A DNA stretch of 64,000 nt from the NCBI GenBank assembly GCA_963847625.1, contig CAWKAR010000027.1, positions 64,001 to 128,000 of the forward strand, in the 5' to 3' direction. The translations under genes were made by a program, and so were the position numbers. Within the stretch, counting starts at the first letter, position 1; each line of letters starts with the position of its first letter. This DNA is from a candidate division FCPU426 bacterium (GTDB lineage Bacteria > Oederibacteriota > Muellerivitia > Muellerivitales > Muellerivitaceae). Shown here one piece after another: positions 21,701-33,983 of this stretch. The notes beneath the pieces were generated by a model. It was not told the DNA's origin. It worked only from the letters and a program-made list of their open reading frames with translations, and made no database searches.

Positions 21701-24700
21701 CAACCCCGACCCGGACGAATTCGCCTACTAATACAGTCACTCCTACGTCGACAAATACGTCCGTGAACACGCCAACGAACACCTCTACGCCTACACCAAC
21801 CCCAACCAGGACGAACACACCAACCAGCACACTTACAAATACGCCGACGAATACGCCCACGAATACGGCGACCTCCACACCGACCCCGACAAGGACGAAC
21901 TCGCCGACCGTTACGATCACAAGCACGTCGACGAATACGTCCGTGAACACGCCAACGAACACCTCTGCGGCCACGAATACGGCAACCTCCACACCGACCC
22001 CGACGAGGACAAATTCGCCTACTGATACAGTCACCCCTACGTCGACGAACACGTCCGTGAATACAGCCACGAACACAGCGACCCTCACGTTAACCCCGAC
22101 CAGAACGAATTCACCGACTGTTACGATCACAAGTACGTCGACGAACACGTCCGTGAATACAGCCACGAATACGGCGACCTCCTCATCAACCCCGACCAGG
22201 ACGAACACACCCACCAGTACACTTACAAATACGCCGACGAATACGCCCACGAATACGGCGACCTCTACATCAACCCCGACCAGAACGAATTCGCCGACCG
22301 TTACGATCACAAGTACGCCGACGAATACGTCCATTTACACGTCAACGAACACCAATACGCCAACGAACACCTCTACTTCCACGTCAATCCCGACCAGGAC
22401 GAACACACCGACCAACACACTTACAAATACACTGACGAATACGCCCACGAATACGGCAACCCTCACGTCAACCCCAACCAGGACGAACTCGCCGACCGTT
22501 ACGATCACAAGCACGTCGACGAACACGTTCGCGAACACGCCAACGAACACCTCTACGTCCACGAATACGGCGACCTCCACATTCACCCCGACCAGGACGA
22601 ACACGCCGACCGTTACGATCACAAGCACGTCGACGAATACGTCCATTTACACGCCAACGAACACTAATACACCCACGAACACGGCGACTCCCACACCAAC
22701 CCCGACCAGGACGAACACGCCGACTGTTACGGTCACGAGTACGTCGACGAATACGTTCGCGAACACGCCAACGAACACCTCTACGTCCACGAATACGGCG
22801 ACCTCCACATTCACCCCGACCAGGACGAACACGCCGACCGTTACGATCACAAGCACGTCGACGAATACGTCCATTTACACGCCAACGAACACCAATACAC
22901 CCACGAACACGGCGACTCCCACACCAACCCCGACCAGGACGAACACGCCGACTGTTATGGTCACGAGTACGTCGACGAATACGTCCATTTACACGTCAAC
23001 GAACACCAATACGCCTACGCGCACGAATACGCCCACGCCGACGAATACCCCTACGAATACGGCAACTTCCACACCAACCCCGACCAGAACGAACACGCCG
23101 ACCGTTACGGTCACGAGTACGTCGACGAATACGTCCATTTACACGTCAACGAACACCAATACGCCCACGAACACGGCGACGAGCACTTCCACCAGCACAC
23201 GGACGAACACGCTCACCAGCACGGCCACGAATACGCCGACAAATACACCCACGAATACGACGACCGCGACGAACACCCTGACCCGGACATCCACGCCCAC
23301 GCTGACGAATACTCCCACGAACACACCGACGAATACGCCCACGAATACGCCGACGAATACTTTAACCAGCACCCGGACGCCCACGCCGACGAATACACCT
23401 ACGTCGACGATAACGTTCACGGCGACCGATACCAGCACAGGGACTCAGTCGCCCACGCCCACGGCGACTAATACGCCCACGGTCACCCATACGCCTACAA
23501 ACACTAATACTCTAACCCAGACGAACACACCGACGCGGACTTCTACATCCACAGCCACACCCACGCCAACGAGTACATCCACGAATACTCCTACGAACAC
23601 GCCGACGCGGACCTCCACAGCCACACCTACGCCAACGAATACGTCCGTTAACACATCCACAAACACACCGACGAACACGCTGACACGGACCTCTACGCCC
23701 ACAGCCACACCCACGCTGACGAATACGCCCGTTAACACGATTACGGACACCTCTACGCCCACGCCGACGAATACGTCCACGAACACACCCACGAACACTC
23801 CGACGCGGACCTCCACAGCCACAAACACGCCGACGAATACACCCACGAACACGCCGACGAATACTTTAACCAGCACCAGGACGAATACGCCGACAAACAC
23901 ACCGACAATGACGATCACCAGTACGCCGACGATAACGCTGACGTCGACCCCGACAGTGACAATTACGCCGACGAACACGCCGACGCGGACCTCTACGTCC
24001 ACAGCCACAAACATGCCGACGAATACGCCCACCAATACGCCGACGAATACTTTAACCAGCACCAGGACTCCCACGCCGACGAATACACCTACGCCGACGG
24101 TAACGTCCACGGCGACCGATACCAGCACAGGGACTCAGTCGCCCACGCCCACGGCGACTAATACGCCCACGGTCACCAATACACCGACCTATACAGCGAC
24201 ATCCACGGCGACGAGTACGCCCACGGTCACCAATACGCCGACCCGCACACCTACCAACACGCCCACGCCCACAAACACCAATACCCCGACCCCGACTTAC
24301 ACCTCCACGCCGACGCCCACCCCAACGCCGACTAACACAGCTACTTCCACCCCGACGCCCACGAGCACGTCCACGAATGTTCCCACGAATACGTTTACTC
24401 CGACATCCACCCCAACCCCGACTGTCACGTCAACCCCGACTCCAACACCTGTGACCTTGCAAGTTTCGCAGGGTACTTCACCCCCTCCAAATACGAGCCA
24501 GGTACCCGGGGCATCGGCTGTGACGGTGCAACAAGTTCTAGTGTCAAATCCAAGCAACAACCCGGTGACACTCACCAGCCTCGTTTTGACGGATACGAGT
24601 ACGTCGGGGAATCCTTCCACGGACATCACATCGGTGACGGTGTATGAGAATGGGGTGTCGGTTACCAGCGCGACGTTTAGCGGGCCATCGGTGACGCTCA

Positions 24701-25230
24701 ATTTGAACAATACTGTTGTGCCGGGGAATGGGAGTGTAACATTCGAGATTACGGCCGCGATTTCAACCACGGCCATTGGGACAGACACGGACTCATTCAG
24801 CGTAACGGGTATAACCGGGACCAACGGGCAGTCCACCCATTCCAACGGGTTACCAGTCCAAGGGGCGGTGGTTACGATCGAGGCTCCAACCGCGACGGCG
24901 ACGTCCACATATAAGAGGACATCCTCCCCCACGGCGACTCCGGTTGGGAAAAATGGAGTGGTTGTATATCCAAATCCGGTGAGCGGCCCGGGCCCGGTGA
25001 CGATCCAGGTTAATTTGACCCAAAAGGAATCGCTTGTTCGGGTGGAGATCTTCACGCTGGCCTTCCGGAAGGTGAATGAGATCGATCTGACCCAAGTGCC
25101 GGCGGGGACTACCAGTGTTTCCGTCCCCATGACGGACAGGGGCGGAAAACCTCTGGCCGACGGCCTTTATTACGTGGTTGTCCAAATGCCCCAGGGGCGT
25201 CTCGTCACCAAATTGCTTGTCTTGAGATGA
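18751..25230 (+). CDS. Clan GH-A glycoside hydrolase (GH51/GH79-like) + DUF11-like domain + ~1200-aa Thr stalk + Ig-like domain + sorting-like CTD
   Basis: IRWPGGS, YWEVGNE (acid/base), IIHNYP, MSEYN (nucleophile); probable GTG start at 18751 after GGAGAG (ORF track starts at 18637). Confidence 0.8.
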   Translation: MTDIREKNLKRFFLFYICQNRNFNKLSNVFLAPLFSLKPVLMCLTILFFGANLSFLCAQVSITVNAGTTIVTIPNAIYGNNAQYYNAANNGTVSTYNTLMQVSGCRNIRWPGGSEADIVDWNNLVCEDAGAATTPQFITFLQTIGGTLQPIVNFSAYWCSGGSGSGTTTQYTESQAVSLAEAWVTWNMSNTGTAKAKYWEVGNETYGTWEQDGGISGTTYGQEFVTFYNGMKAIDSTIEIGAVASPGSGDYSNWTPNMLTAAKAGGVVPDFLIIHNYPVTSGAPAGAGTDAYILSFPSTIATQTSSLNSIVSSALGSSYVGQVKYFMSEYNSSLGPDAQTNEYVNAMFCSEWILEMAKNGWIGANLWATLNGGTPDYGFVNTTTYAPFPNYYIFPMLTGKFGTYMVSCTSSNATTVSAYAAKDSSGNLTLFLVNNNPTATVPATVTVSGFTPSSSGQAWVMLPQGTSSSGAPQEAPGLQINGTANPAPSAISGIAGVAQTTGTTFTVSLQPSEMDLIVIPGTSGGSPVPTNTFTWTPTRTNTPTPTLTTVPPKIILTKTTSGPTSNYSDNGPITMTLNVCNGSGSVTANSVTVTDSITNPLGWSFEGPGYSQWTVTVSGAAVTINPTSTTYPNLTWVVSNLPGGNCVPVTFIVGSYSVNSSDYCNVVTDAGIANWSGGGPVTSNSISISVVCTVVNTATNTPTRTLTPTTTNTSTITRTNTVTGTPTSTPTRTNSPTNTFTTLPTNTLTSTPTSTPTRTNTATNTYTTAPTNTSTSTPTRTNTTTSTLTNTPTNTPTNTATSTSTPTRTNSPTNTVTPTSTNTSVNTPTNTSTPTPTPTRTNTPTSTLTNTPTNTPTNTATSTPTPTRTNSPTVTITSTSTNTSVNTPTNTSAATNTATSTPTPTRTNSPTDTVTPTSTNTSVNTATNTATLTLTPTRTNSPTVTITSTSTNTSTSTPTRTNTTTSTLTNTPTNTPTNTATSTSTPTRTNSPTNTVTPTSTNTSVNTPTNTSTPTPTPTRTNTPTSTLTNTPTNTPTNTATSTPTPTRTNSPTVTITSTSTNTSVNTPTNTSAATNTATSTPTPTRTNSPTDTVTPTSTNTSVNTATNTATLTLTPTRTNSPTVTITSTSTNTSVNTATNTATSSSTPTRTNTPTSTLTNTPTNTPTNTATSTSTPTRTNSPTVTITSTPTNTSIYTSTNTNTPTNTSTSTSIPTRTNTPTNTLTNTLTNTPTNTATLTSTPTRTNSPTVTITSTSTNTFANTPTNTSTSTNTATSTFTPTRTNTPTVTITSTSTNTSIYTPTNTNTPTNTATPTPTPTRTNTPTVTVTSTSTNTFANTPTNTSTSTNTATSTFTPTRTNTPTVTITSTSTNTSIYTPTNTNTPTNTATPTPTPTRTNTPTVMVTSTSTNTSIYTSTNTNTPTRTNTPTPTNTPTNTATSTPTPTRTNTPTVTVTSTSTNTSIYTSTNTNTPTNTATSTSTSTRTNTLTSTATNTPTNTPTNTTTATNTLTRTSTPTLTNTPTNTPTNTPTNTPTNTLTSTRTPTPTNTPTSTITFTATDTSTGTQSPTPTATNTPTVTHTPTNTNTLTQTNTPTRTSTSTATPTPTSTSTNTPTNTPTRTSTATPTPTNTSVNTSTNTPTNTLTRTSTPTATPTLTNTPVNTITDTSTPTPTNTSTNTPTNTPTRTSTATNTPTNTPTNTPTNTLTSTRTNTPTNTPTMTITSTPTITLTSTPTVTITPTNTPTRTSTSTATNMPTNTPTNTPTNTLTSTRTPTPTNTPTPTVTSTATDTSTGTQSPTPTATNTPTVTNTPTYTATSTATSTPTVTNTPTRTPTNTPTPTNTNTPTPTYTSTPTPTPTPTNTATSTPTPTSTSTNVPTNTFTPTSTPTPTVTSTPTPTPVTLQVSQGTSPPPNTSQVPGASAVTVQQVLVSNPSNNPVTLTSLVLTDTSTSGNPSTDITSVTVYENGVSVTSATFSGPSVTLNLNNTVVPGNGSVTFEITAAISTTAIGTDTDSFSVTGITGTNGQSTHSNGLPVQGAVVTIEAPTATATSTYKRTSSPTATPVGKNGVVVYPNPVSGPGPVTIQVNLTQKESLVRVEIFTLAFRKVNEIDLTQVPAGTTSVSVPMTDRGGKPLADGLYYVVVQMPQGRLVTKLLVLR
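21061..22140 (+). repeat. 540-bp (180-aa) exact tandem duplication
   Basis: 21061-21600 matches 21601-22140 line for line. Confidence 0.9.
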
Positions 25231-25293
25231 TCTTTGGGCATGAAACATCTAGCGACTTTTGAAAAATAAAGTTCATTTAATAAGAGCGCCCTT

Positions 25294-25497
25294 CCGATTA
25301 AACGAGAAACTACCTTGAACTATAATGGCCTACGGTTAAATGAAATAAAAAGCAATTATAATGATGTTAAAAAGACAGTAACTTTGACCCAGGATTGTGA
25401 TAATTTCGATAACAGGGGTATATTTACTGTAAATAACAATAAAAACCCTTTCATGGGGGGCGGGTTAAACCCCTTTTTGCATTGGTTGGAGAGTATC
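25294..25497 (+). promoter_or_regulatory. Second copy of the duplicated GH promoter/leader
   Basis: TGAAATAAAA at 25341 and TGATGTTAAAA at 25362; shares GGGGTATATTTACT and GGAGAGTATCGTG with the first copy. Confidence 0.6.
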
Positions 25498-28400
25498 GTG
25501 ACCGATATTCGTAAAGAAAATTCAAAACGTTTTTTTATCTGTCTTTTGTTATGGAACCGGTTTCTTAATTACTTTTCCAAGGTTATTTTACCTTCCATTC
25601 TTATTGTCATCACCCCCTTATGGTCTTCCGTAGCTTGGGCGACAACCTCCACCGTCACGGTCAATGCCGCCAGCGTGAGTGTCGTCCTCCCCAACACCCT
25701 ATTCGGGCAGAACTACGCTGTTTACGACGGATCGGCCACCGTCGGCAAGACCGCCTACATCCAGGCGGTCTCAGCCATGGGAGCCTACCAACTGCGTTAT
25801 CCAGGCGGAGGCTATGGCGACATGATCAACTGGAACAATGTTACCTGCCAGGCTTCCTACATGCCCACCATAGCCCAGAGCGTTTCCTTTGCCAGTGCGG
25901 CGGGAGTAAAACTTCAACCTATTGTGAATTACGCCGGCTATTGGTGCGGCGCATCAAACGGCCATACTGCTGCAGTGAGCCTGGCGTCGGCCTGGGTGAC
26001 TTATATGAATAAGAGTCCTGCCGCCATGCCCACCACCTACTGGGAGGTTGGAAACGAAACCTTCGTCAGCGGGGAGGAAGGATACACGTCGGATGACAAC
26101 ACGGGAGGAGCCACTTACGGCAATAATTTCGTGGATTTCTACAACTCGATGAAGGCCGTGGATTCCACTATCAAAATCGGAGCTCAGTGCCAGTTCGACC
26201 ATGCGGGCTTTTCCCAGGGCGCCGTCACAGCCATCAAGGCCAAAGGCGTCACAATGGATTTCATCATTTCGCACTCCTACCCAATTTATAACGCCACCGA
26301 CACTCAGGCGGAGGATTACACCCTCCTCACCACCGACGTAACCGCAGCCACCACTCAAACCACCGCCTTGAACAACATTCTCTCCGCAGCGGGTTATCCT
26401 ACCACCATCCCCAAGTGGATGACCGAATACCGCTCCAGCGTGCCCGAAAACAAGGCCGTCGAATGGGTGGACGCCATGTGGGTGTCCCAGTACCTCCTGG
26501 AACTCGGCCGGAACGGCTGGCAGGGCGCCAACATTTGGGACATCAAGAATGGATTCAACACCAGCTATTCATCCGATTACGGACTCCTGCGCGGCGGGAC
26601 CAGCAATTCGGACGACACGCCCATCGACACGCCTCGCCCGACCTGGTATGTTTATCCATTCCTTTCGAGGGTATTCGGCAGGAATCTGGTGAACAGCAGC
26701 TCCAGCTCGGCCAGCTTGGGATGCTGGTCATCCACGGATACATCCGGAAATTTGACCATTTTCATGGTCAATAACGATTTTTCAAACGCCTGCACCGCGA
26801 CAGTCTCCATCAGCGGCTTCTCACCCGGCACCGCCGGTTCAATATGGACCCTTCAACCGGGTGGAACCACGAAATCCAGTGGAACCACTCCCATTGAACA
26901 ACAACGCGGCGTGACCATTAATGGGACCTTTAACCCCGCAGTCTCCTCCATCCCAGGCACCGGTAATTCCATCACCACCGGCGCCAGCTTCAACGTGACG
27001 GTTCCAATCGCCTCCATGGTGCTGGTGAAAGTCCCCTCGGGCGGTTCGCCTGTCCCCACCTCCACTTTTACCCGGACCTTTACTTCGACCACCACACCGA
27101 CCATGACCCCGACCAAATGCGCAGTCGTTTTCAACGGCTGTAACACGGCTACGGATAACGGAACCTGGAGTGGTACTGTCGGCACACGCACTTTCATCAC
27201 ATCCGGGTACCCGACAGGTGCCTTAACTGAGGGAACCGGACTCATGAAGGTGGCGGTGGGTGCTACCACCCTCACCTGGGATAATGCTCTCTTCAATCTT
27301 GCCGGTTTTACGCCTACTGTGTTCACTGGTTATGTCCAACTGACCCTGGACCTAAATCTGGACGCCGCAATCACCAACCTTTGGGGAAGTTACCATACTA
27401 TGCAGTTGGTCGCCGATTCTTCCACTAACAACCTCTATTCAGTGAGCATATCCTCGACACAGCCAACTCTTGTGGCCGGGCAGCAAACTTTGTCTTTTAC
27501 ATTGGACTACCCGGCGAGCATAACCTCCACAATGCCCTTATCCACCCTGTATTTCGTTTTGAACACCGGAAGCGCGGTTACGGGCATCAATATGTATGTG
27601 GATAATATACGTTTATTAGCTTCCTGCGGTGTGCCAACCGCAACACTAACCCCCACTCAAACCAATACCCCAACCATTACCCGAACAAACACGTCAACAA
27701 ACACTCCCACCTCGACGCCGACCAATACCCGGACGAACACACCGAACAATACACCGACTTATACGGCAACCAACACCTCTACGAACACTGCAACCAGCAC
27801 GTCAACCCCCACACGGACGAACACGGCCACTAATACGTACACGACCGCGCCTACGAACACGTCCACGTCGACCCCTACGGCAACCCCCACACGGACGAAC
27901 ACAGCCACTAATACGTACACGACCGCGCCGACAAATACATCCACGTCGACTCCTACGGCAACCGCAACGAGGACAAATTCGCCTACTAATACAGTCACTC
28001 CTACGTCGACGAACACGTCCGTGAATACAGCCACGAATACGGCGACCTCCACATCAACCCCGACCAGAACGAACACACCCACCAGCACACTTACAAATAC
28101 GCCGACGAATACGCCCACGAATACGGCGACCGTCACACCCATCGCAACGAGGACAAATTCGCCTACTAATACAGTCACTCCTACGTCGACGAACACGTCC
28201 GTGAATACAGCCACGAATACGGCGACCTCCACATCAACCCCGACCAGAACGAACACACTCACCAGCACACTTACAAATACGCCGACGAATACGCCCACGA
28301 ATACGGCGACCGTCACACCCACCGCAACGAGGACAAATTCGCCTACTGGTACAGTCACCCCTACGTCGACGAATACGTCCGTGAACACGCCAACGAACAC

Positions 28401-31400
28401 CTCTACGGCCACGAATACGGCGACCTCCACGTCAACCCCGACCAGGACGAACACACCCACCAGTACACTTACAAATACGCCGACGAATACGCCCATTTAC
28501 ACGTCAACGAACACCAATACGCCAACGAATACCTCTACTTCCACGTCAACCCCGACCAGGACGAACACAACGACCAACACACTTACAAATACACTGACGA
28601 ATACGCCCACGAATACGGCAACCCTCACGTCAACCCCAACCAGGACGAACTCGCCGACCGTTACGATCACAAGCACGTCGACGAATACGTCCATTTACAC
28701 GTCAACGAACACCAATACGCCCACGAATACCTCTACTTCCACATCAACCCCAACCAGAACGAACACACCCACCAGCACACTTACAAATACGCCGACGAAT
28801 ACGCCCACGAATACGGCGACCTCCTCATCAACCCCGACCAGAACGAATTCGCCGACCGTTACGGTCACGAGTACGTCGACGAATACGTCCATTTACACGT
28901 CAACGAACACCTCTACGGCCACGAATACGGCGACCTCCACGTCAACCCCGACTAGGACGAACACACCCACCAGCACACTTACAAATACGCCGACGAATAC
29001 GCCCACGAATACGGCGACCTCCTCATCAACCCCGACCAGAACGAATTCGCCGACCGTTACGATCACAAGTACGCCGACGAATACGTCCATTTACACGTCA
29101 ACGAACACCAATACGCCCACGAATACCTCTACTTCCACGTCAACCCCGACCAGGACGAACACACCGACCAACACACTTACAAATACACTGACGAACACGC
29201 CCACGAATACGGCGACTCCCACACCAACCCCAACCAGGACGAACACGCCGACCGTTACGATCACAAGTACGCCGACGAATACGTCCCTTTACACGCCAAC
29301 GAACACCAATACACCTACGAATACGGCGACCTCCACATCAACTCCGACCAGAACGAATTCGCCGACCGTTACGGTCACGAGTACGTCGACGAATACGTCC
29401 ATTTACACGTCAACGAATACCAATACGCCCACGAATACGGCGACTCTCACACCAACCCCGACCAGAACGAACACGCCGACCGTTACGGTCACGAGTACGT
29501 CGACGAATACGTCCATTTACACGTCAACGAATACCAATACGCCCACGAACACGGCGACGAGCACTTCCACCAGCACACGGACGAACACGCTCACCAGCAC
29601 GGCCACGAATACGCCGACAAATACACCCACGAATACGACGACCGCGACGAATACCCTAACCCGGACATCCACGCCCACGCTGACGAATACTCCCACGAAC
29701 ACACCGACGAATACGCCCACAAATACGCCGACGAATACTTTAACCAGCACCCGGACGCCCACGCCGACGAATACACCTACGCTGACGATAACGTTCACGG
29801 CGACCGATACCAGCACAGGGACTCAGTCGCCCACGCCCACTGCGACTAATACGCCCACGGTCACCCATACGCCTACAAACACTAATACTCTAACCCAGAC
29901 GAACACACCGACGCGGACCTCTACATCCACAGCCACACCCACGCCAACGAGTACATCCACGAATACTCCTACGAACACCCCGACGCGGACATTCACGTCC
30001 ACAGCCACAAATACGCCGACGAATACGTCTGTTAACACGGCCACGGCCACACCCACGCCAACGAATACGTCCGTTAACACATCCACAAACACACCGACGA
30101 GCACGTTGACGCGGACCTCCACGCCCACAGCCACACCCACGCTGACGAATACGCCCGTTAACACGCTTACTAACACCTCTACACCCACGCTGACGTACAC
30201 GCCCACGAACACGCCGACGAATACGTCCACGAACACACCCACGAACACTCCGACACGGACCTCCACAGCCACAAACACGCCGACGAATACGCCCACGAAC
30301 ACGCCGACGAATACTTTGACCAACACCAGGACGAATACGCCAACAGACACACCGACAATGACGATCACCAATACGCCGACGGTGACGTCCACGATCACCA
30401 ATACCAGCACAGGGACTCAGTCGCCCACACCCACGGTGACCAATACGCCCACGGTCACTAATACGCCGACCCATACCGCGACACCCACACTGACGAGTAC
30501 GGCTACCTCTACGCCGACACTGACGGTGACGCTCACATCGACACGGACGCCGACATCCACGTCTACAAACACACCGACCAACACGGCAACGAATACGCCA
30601 ACGTCGACCGGAACAAGCACAGCAACGAGGACGCCGACTTCCACATCCACATCGACTCCGACGATAACGCTGACGCCGACCCCGACAGTGACAATTACGC
30701 CGACGAACACGCCGACGCGGACCTCCACGTCCACAGCCACAAACATGCCGACGAATACACCCACCAATACGCCGACGAATACTTTAACCAGCACCAGGAC
30801 TCCCACGCCGACGAATACACCTACGCCGACGGTAACGTCCACGGCGACCGATACCAGCACAGGGACTCAGTCGCCCACGCCCACGGCGACTAATACGCCC
30901 ACGGTCACCAATACACCGACCTATACAGCGACATCCACGGCGACGAGTACGCCCACGGTCACCAATACGCCGACCCGCACACCTACCAACACGCCCACGC
31001 CCACAAACACCAATACCCCGACCCCGACTTACACCTCCACGCCGACGCCCACCCCAACGCCGACTAACACAGCTACTTCCACCCCGACGCCCACGAGCAC
31101 GTCCACGAATGTTCCCACGAATACGTTTACTCCGACATCCACCCCCACTCCGACTGTCACGTCAACCCCGACTCCAACACCTGTGACCTTGCAAGTTTCG
31201 CAGGGTACTTCACCCCCTCCAAATACGAGCCAGGTACCCGGGGCATCGGCTGTGACGGTGCAACAGGTTCTAGTGTCAAATCCAAGCAACAACCCGGTGA
31301 CACTCACCAGCCTCGTTTTGACGGATACGAGTACGTCGGGGAATCCTTCCACGGACATCACATCGGTGACGGTGTATGAGAATGGGGTGTCGGTTACCAG

Positions 31401-31962
31401 CGCGACGTTTAGCGGGCCATCGGTGACGCTCAATTTGAACAATACTGTTGTGCCGGGGAATGGGAGTGTAACATTCGAGATTGTGGCCGCGATTTCAACC
31501 ACGGCCATTGGGACAGACACGGACTCATTCAGCGTAACGGGTATAACCGGGACCAACGGGCAGTCCACCCATTCCAACGGGTTACCAGTCCAAGGGGCGG
31601 TGGTTACGATCGAGGCTCCAACCGCGACGGCGACGTCCACATATACGAGGACATCCTCCCCCACGGCGACTCCGGTTGGGAAAAATGGAGTGGTTGTATA
31701 TCCAAATCCGGTGAGCGGCCCGGGTCCGGTGACGATCCAGGTTAATTTGACCCAAAAGGAATCGCTTGTTCGGGTCGAGATCTTCACACTGGCTTTCCGG
31801 AAGGTGAATGAGATTGATCTGACCCAAGTGCCGGCGGGGATTACCAGTGTGACCATTCCCCTGAAGGACATGGGAGGAATTCCCCTGGCCAACGGCCTCT
31901 ACTACATAATTGTCCAAACGCCCCAGGGCCGCCTCGTCACCAAATTGCTTGTCTTGAGATGA
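25498..31962 (+). CDS. Paralogous clan GH-A hydrolase + CBM-like beta-sandwich + ~1180-aa Thr stalk + Ig-like domain + sorting-like CTD
   Basis: [25 protein letters not shown]; accessory domain ends MYVDNIRLL; probable GTG start at 25498 (ORF track starts at 25315). Confidence 0.8.
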   Translation: MTDIRKENSKRFFICLLLWNRFLNYFSKVILPSILIVITPLWSSVAWATTSTVTVNAASVSVVLPNTLFGQNYAVYDGSATVGKTAYIQAVSAMGAYQLRYPGGGYGDMINWNNVTCQASYMPTIAQSVSFASAAGVKLQPIVNYAGYWCGASNGHTAAVSLASAWVTYMNKSPAAMPTTYWEVGNETFVSGEEGYTSDDNTGGATYGNNFVDFYNSMKAVDSTIKIGAQCQFDHAGFSQGAVTAIKAKGVTMDFIISHSYPIYNATDTQAEDYTLLTTDVTAATTQTTALNNILSAAGYPTTIPKWMTEYRSSVPENKAVEWVDAMWVSQYLLELGRNGWQGANIWDIKNGFNTSYSSDYGLLRGGTSNSDDTPIDTPRPTWYVYPFLSRVFGRNLVNSSSSSASLGCWSSTDTSGNLTIFMVNNDFSNACTATVSISGFSPGTAGSIWTLQPGGTTKSSGTTPIEQQRGVTINGTFNPAVSSIPGTGNSITTGASFNVTVPIASMVLVKVPSGGSPVPTSTFTRTFTSTTTPTMTPTKCAVVFNGCNTATDNGTWSGTVGTRTFITSGYPTGALTEGTGLMKVAVGATTLTWDNALFNLAGFTPTVFTGYVQLTLDLNLDAAITNLWGSYHTMQLVADSSTNNLYSVSISSTQPTLVAGQQTLSFTLDYPASITSTMPLSTLYFVLNTGSAVTGINMYVDNIRLLASCGVPTATLTPTQTNTPTITRTNTSTNTPTSTPTNTRTNTPNNTPTYTATNTSTNTATSTSTPTRTNTATNTYTTAPTNTSTSTPTATPTRTNTATNTYTTAPTNTSTSTPTATATRTNSPTNTVTPTSTNTSVNTATNTATSTSTPTRTNTPTSTLTNTPTNTPTNTATVTPIATRTNSPTNTVTPTSTNTSVNTATNTATSTSTPTRTNTLTSTLTNTPTNTPTNTATVTPTATRTNSPTGTVTPTSTNTSVNTPTNTSTATNTATSTSTPTRTNTPTSTLTNTPTNTPIYTSTNTNTPTNTSTSTSTPTRTNTTTNTLTNTLTNTPTNTATLTSTPTRTNSPTVTITSTSTNTSIYTSTNTNTPTNTSTSTSTPTRTNTPTSTLTNTPTNTPTNTATSSSTPTRTNSPTVTVTSTSTNTSIYTSTNTSTATNTATSTSTPTRTNTPTSTLTNTPTNTPTNTATSSSTPTRTNSPTVTITSTPTNTSIYTSTNTNTPTNTSTSTSTPTRTNTPTNTLTNTLTNTPTNTATPTPTPTRTNTPTVTITSTPTNTSLYTPTNTNTPTNTATSTSTPTRTNSPTVTVTSTSTNTSIYTSTNTNTPTNTATLTPTPTRTNTPTVTVTSTSTNTSIYTSTNTNTPTNTATSTSTSTRTNTLTSTATNTPTNTPTNTTTATNTLTRTSTPTLTNTPTNTPTNTPTNTPTNTLTSTRTPTPTNTPTLTITFTATDTSTGTQSPTPTATNTPTVTHTPTNTNTLTQTNTPTRTSTSTATPTPTSTSTNTPTNTPTRTFTSTATNTPTNTSVNTATATPTPTNTSVNTSTNTPTSTLTRTSTPTATPTLTNTPVNTLTNTSTPTLTYTPTNTPTNTSTNTPTNTPTRTSTATNTPTNTPTNTPTNTLTNTRTNTPTDTPTMTITNTPTVTSTITNTSTGTQSPTPTVTNTPTVTNTPTHTATPTLTSTATSTPTLTVTLTSTRTPTSTSTNTPTNTATNTPTSTGTSTATRTPTSTSTSTPTITLTPTPTVTITPTNTPTRTSTSTATNMPTNTPTNTPTNTLTSTRTPTPTNTPTPTVTSTATDTSTGTQSPTPTATNTPTVTNTPTYTATSTATSTPTVTNTPTRTPTNTPTPTNTNTPTPTYTSTPTPTPTPTNTATSTPTPTSTSTNVPTNTFTPTSTPTPTVTSTPTPTPVTLQVSQGTSPPPNTSQVPGASAVTVQQVLVSNPSNNPVTLTSLVLTDTSTSGNPSTDITSVTVYENGVSVTSATFSGPSVTLNLNNTVVPGNGSVTFEIVAAISTTAIGTDTDSFSVTGITGTNGQSTHSNGLPVQGAVVTIEAPTATATSTYTRTSSPTATPVGKNGVVVYPNPVSGPGPVTIQVNLTQKESLVRVEIFTLAFRKVNEIDLTQVPAGITSVTIPLKDMGGIPLANGLYYIIVQTPQGRLVTKLLVLR

Positions 31963-31999
31963 ACTTTGGGTAAGGCAATTGTGGGAGTAAAATACTCCC

Positions 32000-33802
32000 A
32001 TGGAACTTCCAACTTCCAAGTCGTTTTCCTTTTTTAAAAATTACAATCCCCTCCATAACATCATTCACTATTACGTGGATTTAAGTTGTTTTTTAGTTTC
32101 CAACACTACACCTCTAAATTGGTGGGCCTTGAACCGGCGTAAACGCATGACAAGCTTTTATTCCCTCGAGGTTAAGTATAGAAGCCTCGAGGCGCGAGAT
32201 CGTTTTACAGCAAAATGTTTTATGCAGGCCCAATCCCAAAAACGAACGGTATGCGGCGAACGTCTGGGATTCATGGATTTTTTTGTGCCTGTTTTGAACA
32301 AAGGAAGTATTCTCGGATTTTTACAAGCCGGTTCTTTTGTTAGAAGTGAAATTACTCCTGAAATTATAGAAAATTGCTGGAAGGAGCTGACCGGAAAGGA
32401 AATATCCGTTTCTTTGCCGGAATTTCGTGATTTTGTGAAGGTGCTATTAGAGATTCCGGTTCTGGATGGTACCCTGTTTTTGGCTTTCCAGGAGTCACTT
32501 GAAATGTTTGCGCGTCTTTTATCCGATGAGAAGGAAAAAAATTCTATCGGTCAAAGGCTCCAACAACTTCTTTTAACGGTCTTTTCAAAAAAACTTCCAC
32601 ATAGTTACTGGATGGATTGGGCTTTAGGGAGGCCTACAGCGGAATCCGTCCCGCCTTGGGACCTCAGGGTGGTGCAATGGGATTGGATACGAAATGAAAT
32701 CGGCATTACTAGAATTCCCACGACCGTATTAACCGTCATCCCCCAACGCCTAGGCGGCCAGTCGCTGGGTTGGACTGCAGAGATGCTCCGAATTTACCGA
32801 TTTCAACGGCAGTGTTTTTATTTCGCCCAAACCTTACCACAAACTGTCGGTGGAAAATTGGAAGATTACGGTGCGGTTTTTGTAACCTCGGTTGGTCCAC
32901 AACGTTCTCGACTTGCCCAGCGCCAACAGGTGAGAAATATCGCAATGAAAATCAGGGATTTTGCCGTAAGGGAATTAGGCGGGCCGGTCCTGATGGGAAT
33001 TGGTGAAACTGTTTCTCCGGGAGAGCACTTGGACCTATCTTATCGTCAGGCGGTTTTGGCCCTTCACCTGGCAAGACGATCGGACAAGACGATTATATTT
33101 TTTGAAGGCGAAAAAAAAGATACTTCAACCGGGGATTTTTCCGAGTTGCGGCGCATATTGGCGGAACTAAATGAGGCATTTGCCTCGGGACCTTTTCCGG
33201 ACCTAGAAGTTATAAAGGACCGTTTTTTGAAACAAGTAATCAATATTTCATTTCAGAACCCCCAAGAAATACGATGGCATTTCCAGTATGCCTTAGATCG
33301 TTTGGCAGAAACGTTGCAACGCCGTATGGAATACGGTAAAAAAGAAGCGGAATTACTTTGGGAAAACCTGAATAAAATGTTGGAAGATTCCGCGACCATC
33401 CAGGAGATGATCCTGGCTTTTCAAGAGATTCTTTCCAAGTTGGAACGGCAAATCGACAAGACCTCATCCATCCAAACAGAATTTTCCATCGAGAAAGTCC
33501 GGGATTTCCTGACACACCATCTTAAAGAATCTTTGAGGATCTCCCGTTTGGCGGAAATGGCAGGGGTTTCCCCTTCCACTTTTAGCCGCCGATTTAAAAA
33601 GTTAACCGGTTTGGGTTTGGAAGCTTATCTTCAAAATCTGCGCCTTGAAGAAGCAAAACGTCTTCTCAAGGTTACCCGCCTTCCGGTTGTGCGCATCGGA
33701 AAGGATTGCGGATTTAAGTCCAATCCCTATTTCTTCCAGTTGTTTCGAAGGAAAAATGGGTGTCCACCTCAGGCTTATCGAAGGAAAATGCAGAATTATT
33801 GA
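32000..33802 (+). CDS. AraC-family regulator, paralog of 16677-18470
   Basis: Shared motifs PHSxWxDWALGR, EIGITRIPTTV, FAxTLPQTVxGKLE; C-terminal AraC HTH. Confidence 0.88.
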   Translation: MELPTSKSFSFFKNYNPLHNIIHYYVDLSCFLVSNTTPLNWWALNRRKRMTSFYSLEVKYRSLEARDRFTAKCFMQAQSQKRTVCGERLGFMDFFVPVLNKGSILGFLQAGSFVRSEITPEIIENCWKELTGKEISVSLPEFRDFVKVLLEIPVLDGTLFLAFQESLEMFARLLSDEKEKNSIGQRLQQLLLTVFSKKLPHSYWMDWALGRPTAESVPPWDLRVVQWDWIRNEIGITRIPTTVLTVIPQRLGGQSLGWTAEMLRIYRFQRQCFYFAQTLPQTVGGKLEDYGAVFVTSVGPQRSRLAQRQQVRNIAMKIRDFAVRELGGPVLMGIGETVSPGEHLDLSYRQAVLALHLARRSDKTIIFFEGEKKDTSTGDFSELRRILAELNEAFASGPFPDLEVIKDRFLKQVINISFQNPQEIRWHFQYALDRLAETLQRRMEYGKKEAELLWENLNKMLEDSATIQEMILAFQEILSKLERQIDKTSSIQTEFSIEKVRDFLTHHLKESLRISRLAEMAGVSPSTFSRRFKKLTGLGLEAYLQNLRLEEAKRLLKVTRLPVVRIGKDCGFKSNPYFFQLFRRKNGCPPQAYRRKMQNY

Positions 33803-33834
33803 GGGAAAAGAGCCATTTATAGCGATTATTAGAC

Positions 33835-33925
33835 TGAAATAAAAAATAATGCTATTGATGTTAAAACAATATAACGTTGTTTACGGGAAAGCCAAGAGTT
33901 GCTTTAATCGAGGTAAAATTTACTA
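33835..33925 (+). promoter_or_regulatory. Diverged promoter retaining the 21-bp-spaced direct repeats
   Basis: TGAAATAAAA at 33835, TGATGTTAAAA at 33856, downstream GGTAAAATTTACT. Confidence 0.55.
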
Positions 33926-33983
33926 AGGTTTTGAAGAACCTTCGAAAAAAACGAATGTTTGAACTTGATGAGAGGAAATTCCG

